DNA of 64,000 nucleotides from Raillietiella orientalis (Eukaryota). Below the pieces are notes generated by a model. It ran no database searches and was not told the DNA's origin. It saw nothing but the letters and a program-made list of their open reading frames with translations. Made by a program: the position numbers and the translations under genes. This document shows positions 34,901 through 46,618 of this stretch, piece after piece. The stretch lies in assembly GCA_036172245.1 (NCBI GenBank), contig JAYWIR010000029.1:1488001-1552000 (forward strand), given 5' to 3'. Position 1 is the stretch's first letter. The number at the start of each line of letters is the position of its first letter.

Positions 34901-37900
34901 CATTTTTTGCCCAAATTATTATAGCAAACCACCGGCTACTTGGCCAGCAGTGGGTTTTCTTTTGTGTTAGTCAAGCGCCATGATGGGTTCCAACATCAAC
35001 TTCTTGCAACGAAGCAAGTTAGGAATTTTGAAGTCCTGGTTTCTTTTTTCTTTTTTTTCTGCTTTTACTGATGTAAAATTTGCGAATCTGCCTAGGATGC
35101 TGCCTTGCCATAATAGTTCGAGTTTCCGAAATTTCCATACCAACTTCATACTATTCGATGTTTTTTTTTCGTTGGTTTATGCCGTAAGGTGCAACGAAGT
35201 GGCTGTTGGGAAAAGTGGAGCGGACTTTTTTTTCCCAGTTGAGCTTACAAACAACCGAATGCCTATTAGAAGGCTTTAGCACCAAAATGGTTTTCAGAAG
35301 GGACAGTGTAACTGGGCGAGGCTGCATCTGACGTTCCAGATATCGCCCAGGTACCACTAAATCGTTCTCGGTGTGATGACTCCTTCTTTGCACTTTTTTT
35401 TTTTTTTTTGCCGTGTTTTCCAAGACATTTCTTTGCTGTGCCTCTCGCTTTTTTCTTTTTTTCTTTTCCTCGTACAGGTTACCGGAAACACATTCGAGTT
35501 TAAGTGATCTCTGTGTTTCTCGTGCAGCCATGGAAACGAAAACACGTGCTCGTGTACCTTTTGCAAATAGTGAAATACGAAATTCTCGACAGCTAATTTA
35601 CGGCCGTTATTTACATTTTTCTTTTTTTCTTTTTTTTTTTTTTTTAAAAAAAAAGACACGTTAGCGCTCTTTTGTGAAGCGAACTTCAGTCGAGACTCCG
35701 GCGAACTGTGTGTGTTTACGCAATGGTGAACCTCGTCTGCTTCCTTTCTGTTTAAAGTACCAGGAATGTCTGCAAATGTCTTCTGCTAATACATGAAGAC
35801 AAACCGTTTTTGTCAGTCACCTACCGAATTATGTGGAGAGCAAGATCAGAGTGCGTTTTTTTTTTTCTTCTTCTTCTTTCAATTATATTTGGCGCAAATG
35901 TATGGTAGAGTGTTGCGTTAAATACATATTTATTGAATTCCTCGAATATTAAAATCTTCAAAATATGCTCTGGATGGGATTTTCAAGAAAGCATCTGAAA
36001 GCATGTCAAGTGGACAAAAAAAGTAGTTCTCTCGCAACCGATGGAAGAGATTTTGTGGAATCTTGCGATTCAACGTGAAGAAAGTTCCCTCACTTAATTC
36101 CCTCATCTTTTGATCTACGGATGTTGCGTTTACGAAGAGGTGGCTGGGAGTGCGTTTCTTGGTTCCCCCTCAAAAAGAAAAAAAAAAAAAAAAAAAAGGA
36201 AGGTCTAATTCAAGGCTTTGTTTAATGACACTGAAACAAATATGTTCTTGGGCGGCGCTTCATTGAAGTCTTCCACTTTCCAAAATCCCGCGTTTCCTCT
36301 TTCACGGTACATGCCAATTAGTACTCCAGTTTACGAGATATTCCAGTGCATCTCCATGATCGAAAGCTTCAATTTTTTCGTCTGCGAGCAACCGCTCAGT
36401 GCCCTTTTTACAGGAGGGGACTGTTTTATTGATGCATCTGAACAGTTCTGCGTATTTCGTTCAGGTCATCTCATCCCCACTAGTGATTAATGATATTGTT
36501 AATCAAATGGTCCACAACAAAGTTTCGTTCTTGATCTGGTGACTATTTCGTTATTTTGCAAGATTATTTCGCAAGATGAAACTTTCAACTAATGGATATT
36601 AACTGAGCTTGGGGAAGTACACAGTACTGTACTCAAAGTTGGTTGCTAAATCAACATCATGTTTCTTCTTTCTTTTTTCGTCTTCATCTAGAAAAACATC
36701 TCTGCTGAGCGTTCAGACTTGCATGAGTGCTTGAATCGGCAAATCATCCGCCTATTAGACCGACCAGGTGTTCCGTCAATCCGCCCAGCAGAACACCACG
36801 CCAGCAATTCAGGCGAATTAAGCCTTTTTTAAAGACTCCTTTTTGCCGGGTAGCCGAATGGAAATATTTCTAGGTTGGAGGAAACCATGACCATGAAGCA
36901 AAACACATGCCACCGCTGCCTGTCGTTTCCATTATTGGTGATTTCGTCAGTGGGGTCATGTCCACTGTATGTCCGGTTGGTGCTTTGAAAGCGCTGAGCT
37001 CGGTGTCCGCTTTATTGCATAGCGGCCCGCTTTGGTCTGGTCGCGTCCGGTGGCGACCATGGTTTATCTAATCTTTGCATTGCTCCAGAGAGCTTGTGCA
37101 GTTCACGTTGCCCGTGGATGCATCCAAGATAAGCTAAAACGATCATTCTAAGATGAACTTCGCGTTTGCCTGCATGCTGAAGCACACAGTCCTGTTGGGT
37201 AGGCTCAGAGCAAAGAAACGCCGTGCCAAGAGGAGCCAGTTGTGGTCCTGGAGGCGTCTCGAGAGTTACCCTTGCAGGTGACGATGGAGAAGCCTTCGTG
37301 AGCGCCCTGAAGATGTCGCTGGCGATGGTGATGCTGGGTAGCTGCTGAGTGCTTGCAGATGAAGGAAAGGGCACGCTTCTTTGCATGCCAACAAAACCAG
37401 ATCAAAGGCCCGGGGGAAGAGGAGGGACATTTCTGGGGAGCGCACGAGCGGTGGGGAAGTCGGGTGGATTCACAAAGATACGAGCAGGGCATCTCGCGGA
37501 AAGAGTTTTCCGTGGCGAGCAGTGATTGGTCGAGCAGTGTATCCGTGCAAAGGATGCTGGGCTACCCTCGTTTTCCTCCTGTCTCAGCTGATGCAAGCAC
37601 CAAAGAATGGTGGCCAGTCGGGTTTCCAGGCAGGCGTGCCTCTGACGTCGCCTTCCACCCCAGTGTACGAAGCACCCTTTCCCTTCCTCGACGACTTCTA
37701 GGAAACTGCTCTGTTGAACTGGAACTCTGCTTTTCGATTCCAGAGGCTCCCGTTGGCTGTCTCGAAGCCATCCTTGCGACCGAGTGACCGAGCTCGCTAG
37801 GACTTCCCCTCGGCTCGAAACGCCTAGGGATGCTTAGGGTTCGCGAAGGCGAGATTCCCACGCGCTCAGGCGGTGCGGATCGGGTAACGACGCCTCGGCT

Positions 37901-40900
37901 TCCCGCGGAGCATCTTTCACGAGATCCCTCCGCGGGTATTGCCTGCTGCCATTTCGACCTTGCCGTTCCGTCTATCGGTCCCACTGTCGTGCGCGCGCGC
38001 GGAGCGCGTCGGGGCAGTGGTTGGCACGGTCGAAGTGCCTCGTTTTGCTAGCCGTAATGAGCAGTATGGCGCCGGCCCTGGCACGAAGCGCCCGTCGATG
38101 TGAACAACCTGGCGGTCTCCCCTCCTCCTGGCCACGCGCCGCCCGTCGTCCTGCCGAAAGAGGCGAGCGTCGTATTGCCGTCTGTCCGTGCGTCACTGAG
38201 ACTGCCCACATACGACCTTGCGGTCCGGATTAGGGGGCAGGATGCGTAGGAAGGAAGGAGGATCAGCTTATCCGGGTTCGGAATCAATTAGCAAACCTCC
38301 CCCGCAAAACCACCCCCTCCCTTCCTTCCCTCCCTCTACTCTTCCTCCCCTCGCAGTCCCGAGCTGCTGTCGAGCCGACTGGCTGCTGGCTTCGCAGCAT
38401 CGGCCTGGTTGTACGATCGATTGGAGCGAGCGAGTGTTCGTTGCTCCGAGGCGTGGGATTCCTCCCAGATGCTCAGTCAAGGGTGAGAGGAGGAGGGAGG
38501 CGGGTGGAACGACTGGTCATTGCAGCGGCAAGGAGGCGCCAGCAGCATCTCGCGGCTGTCCCTAATCAGAGCGCCGCTTCGTCCGCGTGCGCGAGGGGTG
38601 GTAGGCTGCGTCTTCGCTTCGGCTCCAGAGCGTGGGCGGTGGCGGCGGCCGCGTGACAGCTCCGCGCTCTTGCGCTCTCCTTCTAGCAACGCCACCGTCC
38701 CCCTCGTCTCGAACCGGGAGGGAGAGGTGTGCACCGCCTACGAGGTGCCGGGGCGGCAGCGACCGGCTGTCCCGCTTCCCCATCCTCGCGGGAAGAGGAT
38801 GAGGAAGAGTTACCGGCTCCTGGAAAGGCTGGTCGGCGCCCTCGACCCTTGTCGTAAGCGGAGGGAGGAGCAAGAGAAGGAGGGGAATGCCCGGATTGAG
38901 TCCACGGGAGGAAAAAACGAGAACGGGAACCCCGTCCGGTGTGGACTCCCTCCTTGAAAGGAGTTCGGGATGTAACTGAGGTCACTCCGCGGGTATCGCC
39001 GTCTCCCTAGGGCGCCTTTTTTGCCTGCAGGATTGGTGCCGGCCAGGACAAACTTTTCGTTTGCAGCGAGGAGCCCGTGCGGTCCCTTCGGTGGGTCTTG
39101 ACCAAGATGGAGGGTCAGCTGGTTCCGGGCACTCGGATGGAGGGCTCTGAACATAACGGCTTCATCTGGGAATCTTCTCCGGTCAGTCTCTGCTGCCTCA
39201 GCATCTCGACAAGGCTTCACCGAGATCTGGGCGCGCAAGACCTCCAGAGCGACGCCGTCTTTTCCAGGAGCGCCAAACCTCTCCCCTCGACGGCTTTCGG
39301 GAAGGAGGTCGGCGTACGGGATCCCGGCTTTCTCTGGTTCAAGAGCAGGCTCCCGAGGTCGCTGTGCGGAAGCGGACGGCGCCTCCCCTCCAAGGACGGG
39401 ACCCACTCCTGGTTCGCTGTGTTCGGACGCGCGTCGTCTCGCGTATTTGACCTGGCTGGCTGCTATCCTTGGACGACCCTCCCCCCGTGTCGTAGGGAGA
39501 GCGATCGAGTCGGTGGTGGTCTCCAGCGCGCTTCTCCACCGAATTGGACGCTCTAAGGAACCGAATGACGGAGTCTCAGCGGGGGATGAGGGTAGCGCAA
39601 GGTCATCGGCAAGCCGGCCGAAAGCAGTGGCTGGTGGAAAGGTGAAGGTTGCTGGGGTTTGGCCGTGCTCTGACCGTCGTCTGGAGTGGTCCTTGTGGTG
39701 CCCTCGAAAGGGTCCTGTAGGATGGGGATGATACGGGCGACAGAAGGAAGGGACTCCAGATCCCGGGATGTAGCGCGTTGCTGAAGATAAGGTTGGGAGG
39801 GTTCACTTTCGGTAAAGCTGCTGAGGAAGACCTCTTCATAAGTTGATGGACATCGGTCATCAACCAGGATCGTTGACCGGAGAGCGTAGTTTTTCGATTT
39901 TCCACCCGACACTTGGCCGCTCCTCGCTGAGGATGCTGAACCATCTGCAGGACGTGTCGCGAGCTCCCGTCTTCGTTGCAGCACGCCCGTCCGCTGGACG
40001 CGGCGAAACCTGGGGGCAAGGAGACCCAGGGCAGGCGTTCTCTCTCGGGACGGCGGTGTTCTGCTCGGTCGCTCTGAGGGACAGTTTCGTGTTGCCAAGG
40101 GATGGGTGGGGACATGCAGAAAAGCGCGTGCGTCGTGAGCCGCCGCGCCGAGTCTGAGAGCGCCGAGTCTGAGAGCGCAGCATGCCGCGTGACCTTGGGT
40201 GCATCGTGACTCGAAAGACACTTCAGATTCGCTCGAAGAAATCCTAATCAAACAGTCTGAAGCCGAATCGAACGGGGCGTGATCCGAGGAGCACTAAACA
40301 ACCTGCGTTTTCCCCCTCCTCCTCCCTCCCTCCCTCTCCTTAAGGAAGACAGGGAGGGGGAGGCAGGCGCAAAAAAAAAGACCAGGTTCATTTCTGCAGG
40401 CCGTCACGCGGTGTCCAGACGAGTTAGGAATCGCTGGAATGTTCTTGTGGTCAGAAGACGGGAGAAGCGGAACTGATTCCGACGCGAGAATGGCGGCGTC
40501 GGAACCGCGCAGCCAGCTGACTTGCCCTTCTCTCGTCTTGCGCGGTCGCTCAGGACGCCCTCCCGCCCGTCCGCGCCCTTGGAGGCATCCGAGTCGCGCA
40601 CCCGGTTCCTCCTACCTCCCTTCTCTCAGCTCCCTTCGGCAGCGTCCTTGCTATTGTCTCGGAGACTGGGATTCACGCCTTCGTGCTCTCGCGCGGGTTC
40701 GGCGCGCAGACGGAAAGCGCGACTCCCATCCACCACGTGCTGGGCTTCCCGGGCGCCCGGTTCTCACTCCCCCCAGCCGCTCGGGGAACCACTTGCGGTT
40801 GTCTAGTCGCCAGTACGCGGCTAGGTGCAAGGGTGCCCCCTCCGAAGGCCATTTCGCCGTTGCTCTGTCCGTCGCTAAGCGACGGATGTTTCTCTGGGCT

Positions 40901-40943
40901 TCAAGAGTAGGCGCCATCGTCTTCCAGAGGTCACTTGGAGAAA

Positions 40944-41950
40944 TTTTTCACCCGGTCACGCCGGGGCGTTTATTTTATGGAAAATAAAGCAGTTGGGAAC
41001 ACGCTGGTTCCCAACCGACGATTACAAGAAACGAAGGGGAAGGTCCACTGACACGCAGGTCGGGACAGCAGAGAGTCCGAAACGGAGGAGGGACAAGAGG
41101 ACACCAAAAGTAAACAAGCGGGGTGGGAAGGGATAGGTATCGCTCCGCGTTCACCGGAAGGGTGGAGGAGGAGAGGAAGGGCAGAGGAGGAGGAAGGGAA
41201 GAGGAGGTGCAACGGAGCCCATAGGAATAGGGAACCAGAAAAATAAATAAATCATCATCAGGCCCGCCGTTCCAAGCCGTCCATTAACCGGCGATGGATG
41301 CGGGTGATCTCCTCCTTGGCTTCCTCTTCCAGGTGAGGCCACCTCGCAGCCGCTCTGATGTAGGTGGCTGCCATCCTGGTGACCTCCCTTCGCTGCGTGG
41401 TGGTTTCCAGTACCAGTCGGGTCCCAACGATGGCACGGATGCAACCGACGGTTGCAATAACTGCGCCCGTCGAGAGATCTCTCTACGCGAAGAACAGCCG
41501 CAGCACGTCTCGGGCGGTGTCCTTCTGGTGTAGGAGTGCTGTTGCGAGCTCCGCCACAGTTCCTGGAGGGAACCGCAGTCCAAAAGTAGGTGGAGAGGGA
41601 TCGACTCCGTCGACACGCACTTCGCACAGTTAGGGGATGCAACCCCTCCGGAAACTCGATGCCGCCGCTCGTTGCGCTGGAATCCCCAGTGGAAGAAGAG
41701 CACTGCGGCCTGCATCCAGGCGAGGGGGGGGGACAACGAACTGTCCACACACTAGGGAGGGACCACGAGTTCTTCAGGGCAGCACTGTGAAGTTCGTCCC
41801 ACCGAAGGAGTCCCTTCGTCACAGAATGCGGAGTGGCGGCATCCACCAACTCACGCGTCCTTCTGGCACCGAGGAGTTTCGCTTTTCCTGCGATGGTGCC
41901 GGAAACCTCCCACCTCGCCGGCTGGCTACTGTCGTCGCGTGCCCTGAGGG
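40944..41950 (-). mobile_element. Degenerate non-LTR retrotransposon 3' portion, same family as 7410-7837, with a C-terminal CCHC zinc knuckle; 5' boundary approximate
   Basis: Minus-strand translation SPNCAKCVSTESIPLHLLLDCGSLQELWR is the typical post-RT CCHC motif. It shares the 27-nt 3' terminus, followed by a short A run at 40944-40948. The frame is disrupted and no TSD was found. Confidence 0.8.
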
Positions 41951-42749
41951 CAGGCAGCGCTGCGGCGAAGGGCCAGCATCGAAAACTTCATCGCGTCCTG
42001 CATCACCACTTCCAGAGGTCGTGGCAATACGTGCGGCTTCGCGAACAGGATATAGCCCTGCGATGGATGCCGGAAGAAACCCACACTTATTCCAACGGGA
42101 TCAGCTTGTGCTTTCCCTGAGGTTTTCCCACTCTTGTCCCGGGTCTTGTTAGAATAAGACTTTCGTTTCCCTACGGTTGCTGTGTGGGACGAATCCACGA
42201 AAAAGTTCTTTCGGAGGAATTCCTAGCTGCTTTGGTGGTTACCGCGAGCACTTCCACCTCGTTTCGGTTCGCTTTTCGTGATCAGTCTCTTCGTGGACCA
42301 TCGTCTTGGAGACTCGTCCCATTTCAAAGTACGAATCCTTCTCACGCGCTCCCTGCTCGCACACTCCGTCTGAGTCCGCTTCCTTGCACTTTGGTCCACT
42401 TCTCCGGAAGGAGTTTTTCAACCAGAAGCTTAGTCCCGACTAGAACCAACCTCTTCTCTATGATCGACGCGAACCAGACGCCGTCCTGGAGTGCGCGGAA
42501 GGCGGCCGTGTAGCTGCGGCCTCCGCGTGTGGCACCACCACATGTCGCGGATACAAATCCCGCCCAGGGAAGGGGGGACTCCGAGAAATGGGTGGTACGT
42601 CATGGGTTTCGAGCCCACCCCCGCAGGATAACGCTGATTGGCCTTCGCGCGCGGCACTGCTGGAAGCCGGAAACTCCAGGATGTCCCCGTTGATTGGCTG
42701 GGATTGAAAGTCGACCTTCCGGGGTCCCTTTCGGGAATCAAAGGAGCAC

Positions 42750-43125
42750 TTCGGGATCCCCCCTCCGGTTGTGGGAATGGAGCCGCGGCACCATGGAGCT
42801 GATGATACTCCCCCTCGGGGTTGCCTCTCCAGAGTGTCAGAAGCGCTCTGCTCCCTTCGGGGAAATTGGGGAGCGTCCTTTCTTCAGAGGAGGAAACGAG
42901 GGGCGGATCATTTCCAGGAGGTTTCTCTGGAGAAGAAACGAGGAGTGATCCCCTCAGGGGGACCCCTCCGAAGAGAATGAGGAAGAGGTGATTCCCTTCG
43001 AAGCTCCCTACCAAGCGTGAGAGAGGAACGGACTCCTTCCCCCGGATCCGTCCTGGATTCATAGGGTGGTCCTGCTCCTGGGGTACACCCTATAACTTGA
43101 AGAAGAGCTGCACGCACCCTCGGGT
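42750..43125 (-). repeat. Dispersed repeat of about 370 bp, copy A (inverted relative to copy B)
   Basis: The reverse complement aligns by eye along its length with 54103-54493. Example: CAAGTTATAGGGTGTACCCCAGGAGCAGGACCACCCTATGAATCCAGGA versus CAAGTTATTGGGGGCACCCCAGGAGGGGACTACCCTATGAGTCCAGGA. TGACACTCTGGAGA and CAGCTCCATG..CCGCGGCTCC are also shared. Confidence 0.8.
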
Positions 43126-45250
43126 GGCGTGGACAACTTCGTGAGTTCCCCCCAGGGAGGAAAGGGTTCTTCAGCACTTAGCAAACCGGAAGACCTGACC
43201 CCGTGCAGGGTTGACCTTTCACGTACCATTGGGGCACCGATTCGTGACGCGGTTTGGCAGCAGCACCCCCGGAGGAACCTTCCCACAGCAGCGCTTTCAA
43301 GCAGCAGTTCGGTAGACGCTGGGGGAACTCGCAGAGCGGGAAGGCTGGTTTCGAGCCCGCAAAAAACCTTCGAGTTGGAGGGGGGGGAAGCAGCCGCAGG
43401 CTGCCTATCCCCGATTATAAGGGTCCGGGAAAGGGAAGCAGGCAGCCCCCCCACCCCCCAGCCGTCCACTCTCACAAAGTCCCGATTTCCAGCCGGAGTT
43501 TGCGAGCCGAAGCACCGCTGCACCGACCCCCCTTCCCCTGGGCAGTCTTGCCTACGTCGTAAGGAGATCCCGTCCCCCGCGTTCCTCTCCCTCAACGGTG
43601 TTTCATTCCGCGCGTCGCCGCTGTGCTACTCCCCGCAGCCATGCCACTGTCACTGCCTCTGAGGGGTGCAGAGGATCTTCGGGATCGTGCAGGGAAAAAA
43701 TGAAGACGGCGGTGGGGCCCGCAAATAAAAGAACGAAGAAGACAGAAGAAGAAGAAAAGGACTCGCGCGATGTTCCCGGTGACTCGTTATTGTCCTGAAC
43801 CTAGGTGCTGGATCAGAGTTCACTTGTTCGAAGAGAAAAAAGACATGGATCCGAACTGGTGGGATTCGGAAGATGGAAGATTCTGTCTCGGATCCGAATG
43901 CATTGGGAAGGTTCCAGGTTTCGGTGGGAGTCACTTCAATCGCAGCAGGCCCCTCAAACAAAGCCCACATCCACTTGATTTCCTCGAGACAGATTCGGAG
44001 TGACCTCTCTCCATGTCGGTTCCGAATGAGCCGAACGCGACCTCGGAACAGCGTACGTGCCGAATGGAGGATCCTTGGGGTGGTCGCGTTCCTGTTCTTT
44101 CCTTTATGTGGGTGACTCCTGAACGCTGCGCGAGGACTCGCAAGATCCGCTTCTTTCTGCGCCCCGGTACTGGGGGAGGCAAGTCGCCTAGCGCCCGATC
44201 GTCAACTATGCAGCTGATGAATCCAGACGTCCCCCTAAGCGGCGATTGGCCGCACTCGCTCGATCCTCGTGGCGTGTGACGTCAGCGTTTCCATTGACCT
44301 CATTAGCTCGTTCCATCCCCGTCGCAAAGCGCCCATCTTTCCAGAGACCGTTCAGCGTCTCTTCCTTTCTCTTGGACACCTTCGGCTACTGACTCACGGA
44401 AACGAGCCGCCTTTTTGTGGCGCCATCTCGACGCCGTGCATTCGAAAGCAACAGGGGAGCTCGCGGTTGGCTTCCTCATGGTTCGGCTTTCTTTTGCATG
44501 AACCCGCGCTCGGCGATATTTCGCTGTGCTTTCGGAAGGCTTTGCTGCATCCGTCTTACCACGTTTGAGCGCCGTACAACGCCTCCGGGGCTTTCCGTAA
44601 TGCAAAAACACACGCTTCCCAAAGTATTCTGCGCAACTCTTGGCTGAAGAGCAGGACGTATTCATTTCACTCCTGTTCCGAGCAGTGTCAAGAGCGGAAC
44701 TCTCGCGAAAGAAACTCGTGCTCGGTGGCCACTTTGAATGCGCGAGCGTCCAAAGTGACCATCGAGTCCGGGACTTGAACCAAAGGTCATGACCGGATCT
44801 AACTGGAGACGCTCTGGAGGTGGAAGTAGCGCCGAAGTCACGTATTGGGACCAGCGCACAAATCAGCCGCGAAGCAGAAAAGAGAGGCCACGTGAGAAAT
44901 GAGACCGAATGGGCCTCCAACGCAGGACGACTCAGGAGTCCTTTCGCTTCCCGGAAGGAATTGCCTTTTCCTCATGCAACCGTCCTGCTTCTTGCTACCT
45001 TAATCCATTGCGCCATGGCACCCCATTTCCAAATGATGCAGCGCTTATTACCGAAGGCGTTTTCTCAACCCGGAGGCAAACACCTAAGCAGCAAGCGTCT
45101 GGTGGTTACCGGCACCACAGTCCGCGGAAGATGTTCTCCCATACCTTCCACCATCTCGCAAGTATCCCCATCAAGGCCGGGACCCCAGAGCATGATAGGC
45201 GAAAGGGGTGGTTCGCAGACAGTTGGCAGACATCCTCTCCTACACCCTAC

Positions 45251-45316
45251 ATGTTTCGAATATTAATTAACACATTATACTCCAGGGTATTATAGGTTAA
45301 TTAATATTCGAAACAT
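45251..45316. repeat. Perfect 21-bp inverted repeat with a 24-nt spacer
   Basis: ATGTTTCGAATATTAATTAAC (45251-45271) and GTTAATTAATATTCGAAACAT (45296-45316). Confidence 0.95.
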
Positions 45317-46618
45317 TTATGGTGTTCCTAAAGGAGTACATATGGGCGTACTCTCAGTCAAAGGTCTGTTGTGAATATTTTATGCCAGGTGTAATATGAG
45401 TACATTTCATTACATAACGATCAATTAAATACCTTCATATCATGTAATGTACATTAATGACTATTTTCGATGGAATTAAATCGAATGTTCGCGCGACGAA
45501 GTGGCATGAAATGATCAGAAAAAATAATACTGAACATTATTTTATTTGTTTTACTCTTTGCCCCACCTGTTCGAAACTCGAAATGCCCTTGGGTTAGGTT
45601 TCGTGCACTGCGCGGTCAGCACGCGCGTGCCCTGGGACGCAGGTTCGCGCGGTGGTATGCAGATGGCACTGGTTGTAGCATCGCGCGCATCCGCAGAGAG
45701 GCTGGACGCCCCCAGCGCCTCACGAAATGTCATTTGTGATCTGTGGCAGCAACCACCGTCGACCTCCTCCTTGCGGCGATAGACCGCGGCGCCGATATCT
45801 CGCTCTGTGGTTCTGGAGGCGGCTTTTCCCAGGCGATCTCCAAGAAGGAGAGCAAGGGGAAGCAGAAGAGACAGGCGAACGGGCGGCGCGAAGGGTGGAC
45901 ACCCTCTGCGAGGGTATCAGCAGTCGCAGAGGGAAAAGGGAGAGCGGAATCTGCATCTTTGCGGGAATGAGAGACGCTCGCGATCCCTTGCAGAATGCCA
46001 GGATTCCAACGCTTCTGCTTCCTGCTCCGCATCGCCGACCCACGCCTCCTGCCACGTGATCTCTGCCCCGTCCTGTCCGAACGTTCGACGTCCACGTAGG
46101 TGCCCTCCTCCAGTCGGGGATTAGAGTTTCCAGGTAGAAAAAAGGAGGGAGGGGAGCGGGAATTCTTCCGGGCCCGCTCCTGAGCAGGAGAGAGGTCGAG
46201 TGCTCTCCGGAGAAGCTGCCCGCGACTGAAGGGCGGCTGGCCCGGCATCCCCCAGGCGGGCATCCTCGAGAGGGGTCGGACCGCGTCGATCTTCCCTCCC
46301 CCTCCCTAGTTTTCGTGCTGACCCGCTGACCCAGCCGTCTGGCGAACCGCTCCGGGGCGCGGAATCTCCATCTCCCCCCCCCCCCTTCCCTACGAGCTCG
46401 TGAGGAAAGGGGGAGATGACGTCAGCTCGCCGAGGAAGGGAATCGATTCCAGGGGCAGGGGCCTTCTGGTCTTGACTGGGAGGAGGAAGGTGCCCTCTAG
46501 CAATCCAGAGGGTACTCCCCACTTCGTACGACGGGATCGGGAGGGAACGCCCTGAGCTGTCCCCCAGGGAACTCTCCGGACCCCGGAGATCCTACTCATT
46601 CCTCCTCCTGCTTTCCAG

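Noticed and set aside
40145..40178. Short tandem duplications (GCGCCGAGTCTGAGA x2; also TGGTTATTAAGGATA x2 near 22460-22506) as CRISPR-like repeats
   Set aside because: Only two units, eukaryotic context and no cas genes; these are ordinary local duplications.
42009..42020. CTTCCAGAGGTC repeat of 40921-40932 as a possible TSD for the 41-kb LINE
   Set aside because: The left copy is not adjacent to the element's 3' end, so this is likely coincidence.
37000..46600. Many 100-230 aa ORFs in the GC-rich block
   Set aside because: Arg/Pro/Ser/Gly-rich translations on both strands without motifs. Only the LINE CCHC fragment is interpretable.
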